Below are positions 11,421-21,953 of a DNA stretch of 64,000 nucleotides, one piece after another. The notes below the pieces were generated by a model. That model did not search any database. It was not told the origin of the DNA and saw only the letters and a program-made list of their open reading frames with translations. Location of the stretch: assembly GCF_004010195.1 (NCBI RefSeq), contig NC_057718.1, positions 43,921,809-43,985,808 on the forward strand, in the 5' to 3' direction. Each line of letters begins with the position of its first letter. Position 1 is the first letter of the stretch. Origin of the DNA: Chiloscyllium plagiosum. Lineage: Eukaryota. A program made the translations under genes and the position numbers.

Positions 11421-13600
11421 TGGCGGATTGAGCTCACTCTTTCCTCTGGGCGACCTCCATGTTACTTTGACCAAATTACACTTCAGGGCATGAGGCCCAG
11501 TTACCAGCTGCATGCACCCCTCATCCATGAACATTGGCATCTGACATCTGCCAACCCCTTACATTCATCATGGCACCTCTCTGCTATGCTGGTAGTATCA
11601 TTCACTTATCTGCCGGCTCACAGCATCCATGCCTTGTAATGCCTTATAGTAACACACCAATCAGTGCAATCACACACAAACAGGCAACTTGCTGGTCAAC
11701 AGTCCTCAGTCAATTGGGAATGTATCTTCTTGTAGGGCAGTGTGCTCTGACAATCTCACATTTGCACCATGTGGCAAACACATTCCATGTGCAGCAAGCA
11801 AACAGCCATGTCACAACATCTCATGAGAGTAGTCCTCAAGGAATCCATGAGGGCATCTATCAGTCAGGGGATCCCAGCACAGTAAGTCAAGATCAAACTC
11901 CAATACCATTCCAAGGGATTGACCCCAGTCAGGTGCCTGGCAATGTGATATCAGTGAGGAGATCTTTGTCAAGACAGTCTGAGGAGTGGGTCACAGTCAG
12001 TCCTGTGGCTCCATTAGCAGCCACTCTGAGGGCTAGGGCTAACAGAGTTGAGGAAATGTACAACCATCAGTCAGATGTCTGGTTGGGTTGCTCAAGAGTG
12101 TGGGCCAGTCTCCATGACAGCTGCCACTCTGCATATTGAGACAGCCAGATTGTCACTGAAATCACAGCGCTGATGCAATTTCTGGGTAATCTGACCGGTC
12201 TGCTGCTTCAGTTCCTCCCTATACATTTAGACAAATTCCCCCATTGCAATCACCACAGGGTCTTCTCCTGCCTGGCCTGAGAAGGTGCCCGCTCTCTCTT
12301 CCGAGTGGCCAGCTGTATGGGTATTTCTTTCTTGACCCCACCCCCTGCTGTCATAGTGAAGTGGTCATCAAATAGTGCTCCTGTACACTTTAAACCTAAC
12401 ATTCCCACCCAGGTGTCAGTATCTGATGGTAAGGGTGAAGTAAGCAGCTTTGCTGATAGTTGCTTTAAAACTCCCTTTTTAAGAGGTTGAGGATTCTAGC
12501 GGTGCAGTATGTTTCTCCAGCAAAGTCATGGATATCTTGCTGACACATGGGAAAGAAGGTGCTGCAGCCAGTGGTTAGAAGTGGTGTGCAATGGGTAACA
12601 CTGACAGCTGGGTTTATGTGAGAGTTGCAGTAGAATGAAGAATAATACTTACTCAGTTGGCTGGACATGGATGTCTTGGCATTCCCTTAGGAGAGGTCTC
12701 CTCTGAGTGCCAATATTTTCTTCTCTTTTTGGATGATGTCAGGTTTCCTCACCCTGCTCTGTTGTGGGCTTTCTATTCCTGGAATAGGAGAGAGGGAGGG
12801 ATTGTCTGAAATGTAAATGGGTGGCACAGCTATTAGTCCTGAGAAACTGGTAGAGAGGTTATGAGGACTTCCGAGGTAGTGAGGGGCCAGCACTGTAGCC
12901 ATACAGGGTTAGTAGGGTGGGAGGGTGGAGGAGTTGAGAGCTAGTGAAGAAAGATGTTGCAGACAACAATAAGAGAAGTAGAGAATGAGCCTTGGTGGGA
13001 AGTGGGTGTGTTAGCAGAGATAAAGTGAATGTGAGGTGGTGGAGAGCAGAGTATAGCACTAACCCTGGTGCAGTGTAAAAACATCTTTGACCTTCTTCCA
13101 AAAAGGCTGGCCATTTGTCTGGATTATTGCGACAACACTGACGCAGGTGGCAACCTAGGACCAGACTGCCAGGGTCAGTTGGCATGGCCTCCTCTGGGAC
13201 AAGGAGAGCCTGACTCTACACCATCCCATTGACCTGAACCTCCAGGTATCTGTTGCTGAATGGTAGTGCTAACTTCACCTTCTCCAACATGTTCAGAATC
13301 TGTCTGGGGCCAGGCAGAGCAGCTTCAGAATGCCAGCACTCATCCAGATGCACACTGGCCTCTTAAAATGGTGCAAGGGTTGTGGGGTTTTTTGTGATTG
13401 GCAAGCTGTTCTGGGAATAGTGCCTGGAACTGGACATGACAGATGTTATTGGGATGAGCTAGATACTTAATGCAATGAGTTTGGTAAGATGGCGAGAAAA
13501 CTCATTAGATCCTTTGGCAGAAATCCCTTCAAAACCTTTTTGCCACTCAGACTTAGCCATTTTTGTTCGGAATTCACATGATCATAATTCAAAAGAGATT
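11420..13600 (-). mobile_element. PIF/Harbinger DNA transposon remnant with decayed Myb/SANT-like gene
   Basis: 13290->13080 translates, with a frameshift and stops, MLEKVKLALPFSNRYLEVQVNGMV*...RPCQLTLAVWS*VATCVSVVAIIQTNGQPFWKKVKDV, resembling a Myb/SANT-like DNA-binding domain. Subterminal block 13478-13540 resembles 52489-52555. Confidence 0.65.
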
Positions 13601-15244
13601 AGTAATTATATAATAGATAGTATATCACAGTGAATACAAAGTCCACTTGGTGCAGGCTAAATCCTGGAAATGTTTTGAATCCATGTAATCTCAGCACATA
13701 ACGTGGATTTTGTGAAGAGAATTGCATGGGGATCAAAATGAACTGTTTTCTCTCAGCTGTCATTGATTTCAATAGTCAGGTGCCATTTTCTAGCATCCCT
13801 GGGCATCAGAGTTGACATGGATCCCTGATGTGTCTACTTAAAAGTTGTGATCAGCGAAAGCCTAAATAGTGCTTGGGAATTCTGCGACAACAATCCCAGC
13901 GTTATCGTTTCAATGCCTGTCTCTGTTTTCGATGTTCCTGTTTGCAAGTCAACAATTCTATGCCATAACTGTTGTTACAAGGTCAAAGCACTTTTAAAGT
14001 ACTACTACCTTCTTGGCAGACCATGTCTTTCAAGAGTTAATGTTAGTACCAGATTCGGAAGAGACAAAGGGCATTGAAGTGCTGCTCTACTTATAGGTTC
14101 TCAAAGACAAGGAAGAACAGATAAAGAGTTTGTTGGCACCTTAAGATAATTTATTACCCACCTATACAAAGCCATGTTTCCCTCAACGATATGTCCAAAA
14201 CATTTGTAAAAAGAGAATAAGAGGAAGGTTTGCTAATGCTTTCATTTTCCCCACAGGGCCTTCCACACTGTGGATGGTTTATCATAAATCTGTTACTGTT
14301 CTGCCGTTGATTTTTTGAATACTGGGTAGCGACTCTATGAAGGTGTTGCTGGTCTGCAACCATGGGAATAAATGTATATATTGCTATCTTGGGCATATTG
14401 GTGATTGCCTCTCCCTGTGGCACTTAAAAGTATCAATATTACTTGAAGAGTCACAGAAACCACAAGGACAGTTGAGGTACCAGGGCTGTGCAATGCAGCC
14501 ATGGCTGATGTCATCTCTGTAAAATGCATAGGCGATACCTGAAAAAAGGCAAAATCTTTTAAAATTTTCATGAGAGTTTTTATGGGCATAACAGCAGCAA
14601 ATCCACTTTAAAGTATTTCATTGTTTGTGAGGTTTAGAAAGGTGCTGTTATTTTATTTTTCAGTATTTGATGAATAAGTGAAATGGAAACAATGAATGAA
14701 CAACAAAGAAGATGAGCCATGAGACTGAATGAGGCCTTCAGCTACTTCCTCTAAAGCCTCTATGGCCAGAACTTCCTTGGGTCTATGATTATAAGAAACT
14801 GTTGACTCCTCACCCATCTGCGCATTCACACTGCCGTGATGTGCATAATTCTTCTGCAAATATCAATAGCAGAGATGTTGAACTTTGAGGACAAAGATAT
14901 AGACTGAAACTACCAACACCATCTGTGAGAATATGACGATGTAACATACGATTTCAAATGGTGGTATTTTAAATTATTGCTTGATGCTTGAATAATGCAA
15001 CTGATCACACCATCAATACTTGGATGTGGAATAAATCCTAGTGTTGTGGAACAACATTAACATGCAAATTCCACTGAGGACATTAAAGGGGATTATATTG
15101 TCTAGTTTTCAAAAATGAGAAACTGGATAAAGAATTAATGCATGCCATTCTTTGTAGCGCTGACAGCATGTTAAACTTGTGCTGCATACTGTTTTAAATG
15201 ATTTCTATGTGAAACCAGCGCTGTATATCCTGTCCTAGGTTTTG

Positions 15245-15570
15245 GCACCTCAAAATCATGAGTGGGTTGAATAGAGTAGATAGCAAGAAGTTGTTCCTAT
15301 TTGTAAATGGAGAAAGAACAAGAGGACATACATTTAAATTGATGTGCAAACAAAGCAAATGTGATGAGAGAAAATCTCTTTTCATAGGTTATATAATGCA
15401 TTGCCTGGAAATCTGGTGGAGGCAGGTTCAACTGAGGCATTCAAGATGTGATTGGAGGATTATTTGGATAGGAAAGGTGTGCAGGGATAAGGGGATTGGC
15501 ACTATGTAATAGAACTAGTTCAGGCACAATGAGCTTAATGGCCTCCTTCTGTGGCGTAACAATTCTACAA
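15245..15570 (+). mobile_element. CR1-like LINE 3' end
   Basis: ORF 15258 reads MSGLNRVDSKKLF...RTRGHTFKL (CR1 TRGH motif), followed by a typical 3' UTR. Confidence 0.8.
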
Positions 15571-15760
15571 TTCATTGTTTGCACTGATTGACAAAGGGCT
15601 CGCTATCATATCTGGACAGCATTATTAAAGCTTTATTTAAGACCATCATAAGAGAGGTTATTTTTACCTTCCTGATGATTGTTTAGTTGCATTTATAATC
15701 CTGCTTAGTATGAGAAGAAACGTAGACTCATGTTTGATTTATGTGCTTGGCTAAGGAGCC

Positions 15761-16009
15761 AATGGTATAAAGCTCCAATCTGTGGGATTATCATTGAATT
15801 CCATTAAATCAGAATTCCCCACAAACATCTGCCTGCCCCTCTTGAGGGGAATACATTTAGGCTGCAAGTAGTGGTGGGAGTTTTCTGATAAGCATTTCTA
15901 AGTCTTGAGTGTAATAATATTCTTGTGTAATCTAACTATAGTATGAATAAAGTATTTAAGTTCCATTTCGTTGACGATCTCTGGTGGGTTTATTTGTCAC
16001 TAAACTAAT
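15761..16009 (+). repeat. ~250-bp segment duplicated at 16988-17922 (second copy interrupted by a PLE)
   Basis: Direct alignment from aatggt(a/g)taaagctcc to taaactaat, high identity. Confidence 0.9.
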
Positions 16010-17173
16010 TTTACAAAACCTCAATGAACAGGTGGTGATGGTGTTAGGGGGTAGAGAGCAAGGGATGAGCAGCTCACCAGGACCTCAGCCAACAGGTGGC
16101 AATGATGAGGGAGACCCGCAGGAGCAGTCAAATGGAATTCTCCTGGAAAGAAACGGTGTGTTTGGTGAAAGGAGGTTTGAGGGAAAAGGGGAACAGATAA
16201 ACAAACGATCCCTCAGCCTGCAGTAGTCCACAGACATATTGTAAATAATTCTTTGTTTATCATTAATTCTATTTCCGGTTGATAATGACCTGATGCCAAT
16301 GGATAAAGAAATTATGCTTCATGATCTTTGGATCTTCTGTATGTCCAAAACTCATCTAACCCTGATATATACAACACAGGATCATCTTCAGACATAAGTT
16401 ATATCTTGTGTACTGTTGTGCAAAGATCCAGTTGCTTGTGGTCATCCGTTAACATCTGGGTACTTGGCTAATTTGCATGGTGCACTCCTAAAGGGATATA
16501 TAACCAGATTTCAGGTTCTCCTAATCTTAATGGCTTGAAAGGAAAAGCGGTTAAGCTCTCAAAGGGGAGCATGATCTGGATCCCCTTCCTTATTTACCCA
16601 TTCCCTCAGATGGCTGCAACACAATTAATTTTAGAAAGGTCCTTTCCCTTTAGTATACCATTCTCCCTTACCCAACTGCACTTAAGTTTTAAAAGGAGCC
16701 ATTTTCACCAGGATTTATTGAATTAGCAAAAAGAATGAGTTATCAATTACTACACACAAGACAAAACGCTAACATAACACACGTACACAGTTGAGAAGTA
16801 ACAGGTGAGTCCAGAAGGATTTTTAAAAATATTCAGATCAGTTTCTGAATTGTTTGTAGAGAGAGGATAGTCAAATGTTGTGGCTGGTACAGTACAATAT
16901 GTAAGATTGATATTACTTATTGATCAGTCTGTTTTATAATCCTTAGTTTTGCAAATTGGTTGAGGTTCTGATTCTTTTTAAACTGCAAATGGTGTAAAGC
17001 TCCCATCTGTGGGATTATCATTGAATTCCGTTAAATCAGAATTCCCCACAAATATCTGCCTGGCCCTCTTGAGGGGAATACATTTAGGCTGCAAGTAGTG
17101 GTGGGAGTTTTTTGATAAGCATTTCTAAGTCTTGAGTGTAATAATATTCTTGTGTTATCTAACTGTAATATGA

Positions 17174-17843
17174 GGAGAAAGTGAGGACTGCAGATGCTGG
17201 AGATCAGAGCTGAAAATGTGTTGCTGGAAAAGCGCAGCAGGTCAGGCACAAATTCACCTGCACCTCTACACACATCATTTACTGCATCCGCTGCACCCGA
17301 TGTGGCCTCCTCTATATTGGGGAGATAGGCCACCTACTTGCGGAACGTTTCAGAGAACACCTCTGGGACACCCGGACCAACCAACCCAACCACCCCGTGG
17401 CTCAACACTTCAACTCCCCCTCCCATTCCACCAAGGACACGCAGGTCCTTGGACTCCTCCATCACCAGACCATAGCAACACGACGGCTGGAGGAAGAGCG
17501 CCTCATCTTCCGCCTAGGAACCCTCCAACCACAAGGGATGAACTCAGATTTCTCCAGTTTCCTCATTTCCCCTCCGCCCCACCTTGTCTCAGTCCCAACC
17601 CTCGAACTCAGCTACCACCTTCCTAACCTGCAATCTTCTTCCTGACCTCTCCGCCCCCACCCCTACTCCAGCCTATCACCCTCACCTTAACCTCCTTCCA
17701 CCTATTGCATTTCCAATGCCCCTCCCCCAAGTCCCTCCTCCCTACCTTTTATCTTAGCTTGCTGGATACACTTTCCTCATTCCTGAAGAAGGGCTCATGT
17801 CGATTTTCCTGCTCCTTGGATGCTGCCTGACCTGCTGCACTTT
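17174..17843 (+). mobile_element. 5'-truncated Penelope-like element with inverted terminal segment and 16-bp TSD
   Basis: 17250 onward reads KFTCTSTHIIYCIRCTRCGLLYIGEIGHLLAERFREH...HFNSPSH...RLEEERLIFRLGTLQPQGMN (GIY-YIG). 17174-17248 is the reverse complement of the element 3' end. TSD tctaactgtaatatga at 17158-17173 and 17844-17859. Confidence 0.92.
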
Positions 17844-20392
17844 TCTAACTGTAATATGAATAAGGTATTTAAGTTCCATTTAGTTGAAGATCTCTGGTGG
17901 ATTTATTTGTCGCTAAACTAATGTAACTAATGCAGAACTCAAAGTGAGAAAGAGTCTTGCTTTATCTGCAACACAAGGTTGAATAGGAATAGTTCTTCAC
18001 CTATGGCCACCTTCACAGCATGCTATTGGTCAAAGCCAGGCTGGTGCATACATTCAAGTGCTCAGTCCTATTTGTACAGTCTAGTAGAGTTCAAATTAAC
18101 TTTTTACCCCTTGTCCTGTTATATTCTTCAAAGGGAAAAACAGTTTTTGACATAATCTGCAGGAGGGGTAGACTGCTGTTGAGCAGGGATCATTCATCTC
18201 TTATTATCTTTGTAGTCACAACAGATCATAGTCCAGTCTGTTTGAATTTTCTTTGACCCTTTCAAGTGTTATATTCCATCATTCATTTTCTCTCTTTCGC
18301 TCTCCACCCAGCCAACCACTTTATTTGCATTCACAGCCATGGTTGGCACTAACAGCCCTTTTTAAAAAATACATTTTGTAATTTTAAGTTAAAAATGGCC
18401 ACTGTACACTGGATTTCATACTAATGGTCTTTACACATTACTCCAAAGGTGACAATACAATATCCCCCTTTCTTTTTGAAGATACCTTTATCTTATTATG
18501 TGAAAATACATAAGAGATGGGTAATAGCAAAGTTAGTTATACAGAGATAGGAATTGTAAAACTTACAAATGCATAAATTGAAGATTTTAACATTTAGTAG
18601 GGTCTGGCAGGAATGCCTGATCAAATGGAACTAGGGAATATGTTAATAAAGGAAGAATTGGCTGAGAGCTTACGTAGATGTATATTTGACGAACAAGTAT
18701 CAGTGCTGCTGAGGTTTTGAGATGTGTGAGCTGGAATAAACCTCTAACTAGAAAAGTTAGAGAGTAGTTAACTATTTAAAAACCAAAGATTGAAAGCAAG
18801 GCTTTATTCTAAACAAAGAGTGGTTTGGAGAAAACATCAAAAAATGCATGAATCTAAGTATGAAGTGTCAGGGTATGCTAACTGACTCATGTTTTGGGAC
18901 TGTGAACCTTATGACATGTGGAAGAATATGTAGAAGAAATCAGGAATGACCGTGAAAGTTTTACTACCACACTAAAGCAGGATACTTACCAAGTTTAATT
19001 TCAGAATTGTGACCTGATGATCTGGACACTGAAAATGTTTGGACAAATTATTAACTTTCATGGATAAAATTTATCAAACAATGACTAATAAATACTTATA
19101 AGTGTGATCAGGTTATGAGAAATTTAGAAAGCCTGAAGATGGTGTCAAAAAAGAATACATAATAGACTTCAGTAGGTTGTATGCAATCCTGCAAAAGTTT
19201 TAGTTGGAAATTCCCCAATCTGTGTTGGCGTCTAACGTATTGAACTGTGTCAAAGTATTGAGTTTAGACAGCCTTCTAGTTTTGTCTAAAGTTAATTTTG
19301 TAATGGACGTACACTGCTAGATAAACTACTAGAAGTACCAAAGAACCTCTTTGGGAAGCATGCCTTAACTAACAAGATTCTTGGTGCAAATAGGTCAATT
19401 AGTCATTCGATATAAAATGGAGAACACTTTGTAATGGGCTGATGAGACCATCTGGTTAGAGATTGTACATGACATTAGAAATGCTTATGACAATTTTGAG
19501 AAGTAAAGAAAATTTGTGACTCACAATATAAGACTGAACCCCAGAAACACCCAGGCTGCGATCATTTGAAATGTTTGGTGTGATTGAAAATTATGTGGGA
19601 ACTGTCCCAAATGGTATACTAGAGTATTCAAAATTAACCACGAGACAACAAATTCGGAGGAAGAACATGGAAGTACAGATCAAAGAGAGGGCACTATATT
19701 GGTCACAGGAAGGTGATTAATGTGTTGGTGGAAGAATTTTCAATTGTGCAGTATTAAACAGTGGATCACATCTATAGGTATCCAATGAAATATCATGTTA
19801 GTAAGTAAGCCATCAAGTGAAACAAGATATGTAAAAGAAAACAAACCTATTGTATTTGAAAAAGCTGTAAAATATCCATTTACACAATGGACCCTATTGT
19901 ATACCTTTAGTGGAATATGATCTCTCCACAAAAGAAATCAAAGAAGTATTTTTGACACGGGGGAAGAAATTTGGAGCATAAAATGTAATTGTTCTAAAGC
20001 TATCTAGGCATCCATCTCCAAAAGATTCTTATAAATGAGTAAAGGGTGCAGAAAAAAGTGATGAGGAAAATGAAAAGTTTATCAAAGAAGAAGTGATAAA
20101 TATGAGATTTGTAAGAAATACTGAAGAACATCATCAGAGCCTACAGAATCCTACCCTTGGTGAGGGATTTCAAAAAGTTAGTAGCTCTGCATTTAATGGA
20201 TTGTGATAAAGAAAATAAACATTTTCGCTTTATGTTTTATTGATTTAGCAACCAGATTTAGTCTTTCAAAAGTAAATCAAGTTAAACAAAATAGTTACGG
20301 CCAAACTAATAGAAAAGTAGAATGTGTCACTAACAATGGGGGAAGTTTGTTGGTGATAAAGTTACAGATATGTGTGTAAATTTGAACATCAT

Positions 20393-21953
20393 TGTGGTGA
20401 AATGGTTAAAAATTATGTCCCAATACATGTGTGAATCTAACCGGAATGGAGGTGTTGCTTAGTCCCGTGTGAATCTTATTACACACCTCCCCGTGTGAAT
20501 CTTCTTATCTGTATGTAACCAGAATGGAATGTGTTTTTTAGCCTTGCTCTGCTGTTCACATGAATGTTTATATCTGGAAAAGAGTATATCAGCTGGAAAA
20601 GTCTCCAGTTCGGTGAGTCTGCTCCGGGGTTACGTTTAACCGCCGAGCGTGGGTTGTTGGCAACCGCTCTACGAGAACTGACGGCTCCCAGTTCCGGTAA
20701 CATGTATGAATAGGAAGGGTTTAGAAGGATATGGGCCAAATGCTGGCCTATGGAACTGGATTAATTTAAGATACCTGGTCGGCATGGATGAGTTGGAATG
20801 AAAGATTTGTTTCTATGCTTTCCATCTCTATGACTCAAGACTTGGTTCTTGACCAGCCAAAACTCTTTCTGAGTCGTGATGTCATCTCTAGAGCTCTGCC
20901 TCTACATTCAGTTCCACTCCTGTCCCCACCATTCTGACTGACCCCACTCCTCAGGTATTTAAACAGAAGCTTCTGCCATGGTTCACTTTGCTACATTGTG
21001 CTGCTGCCACTGCCAACGAGAGAGTAACGTTATGAACAGGGACTGTGTTCAGGGTACAAAGAGTTACATTGTAAATGAGGATAGTGCTCGTTATTAAGGA
21101 TTAAATTGTGAACAGGAACTGTGTTCAGGGAGTAATGTAACTGAGGACAATATCCACATTACACAAAATAGCATACCAAGGGTACATTACCAAGGGTAAG
21201 ATTGTAAACAGGTACAGTTTTGGTTACAAACAGTAACATTGTGATTGGGACAATGTTCAGGTTACAGAGAGTAATATTGTGATTAGAGACTATGTCCAGA
21301 TTAGAGAGAGTAGCATTGTGAACAGGGACTGTGTTCAGATAACAGATATTAACTTTGTGAACGCAAACAGTGTTCACATTATCAAAAGTAATATAGTGAA
21401 CAGAGTGTTCACATTATAGATAGGAAGACTGAACAGAAGGTATGCTCACAATTCAGAGAGTTGCGTTGTTGTGGTGTAAAATTCCAAGCAGTGGAATGTG
21501 GTGGAACGGTTAAAAATTATGTCCCAATACATGTGTGAATCTAACCGGAATGGAGGTGTTGCTTAGTCCCGTGTGAATCTTATTACACACCTCCCCGTGT
21601 GAATCTTCTTATCTGTATGTAACCAGAATGGAATGTGTTTTTTAGCCTTGCTCTGCTGTTCACATGAATGTTTATATCTGGAAAAGAGTATATCAGCTGG
21701 AAAAGTGTCTAGTTCGGTGAGTCTGCTCCGGGGTTACGTTTTAACCGCCGAGCGTGGGTTGTTGGCAACCGCTCTACGAGAACTGACGGCTCCCAGTTCC
21801 GGTAACATGTAAGACCCGTTGTAAGTATGAGACCTGGTTGTGGCGACGCTGCGGGGAATAAAATGCTCATATTCTAGCAGACTCGCCTCTTGGTCGTTTG
21901 TTCTGTGTCAGACTACTCTCCTACGAACCTGACCTTGAGAATTTTTTAAAACA
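20393..21953 (+). mobile_element. Young LTR-bounded composite (partial LTR 20393-20706, full LTR 21497-21953) with 5-bp TSD, inserted in the copia integrase
   Basis: TG...CA ends; ATCAT at 20388-20392 and 21954-21958. The ~314-bp direct repeats are nearly identical and CpG-retaining, with AATAAA near 21857. Copia integrase text resumes after the TSD. Confidence 0.88.
21020..21460 (+). repeat. Degenerate ~39-bp minisatellite
   Basis: Approximate unit agagtaacattgtgaacagggactgtgttcaggttacag, repeated about 11 times with divergence. Confidence 0.8.

Noticed and set aside
11534..12139. 201-aa ORF
   Set aside because: Lies within a decayed Harbinger-like region on the strand opposite its Myb gene; non-ATG start and no recognisable domain.
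17216..17626. 136-aa Pro/His-rich ORF
   Set aside because: Alternative frame of the PLE GIY-YIG fragment, starting in the inverted arm.
16530..18430. Possible old LTR surrounding the duplicated segment (similar text at 47800-48330)
   Set aside because: Only patchy similarity; termini and TSD could not be defined, so not listed as a feature.
21020..21460. CRISPR-like array (palindromic ~39-bp period)
   Set aside because: Eukaryotic context, units degenerate throughout, no unique spacers and no cas genes.
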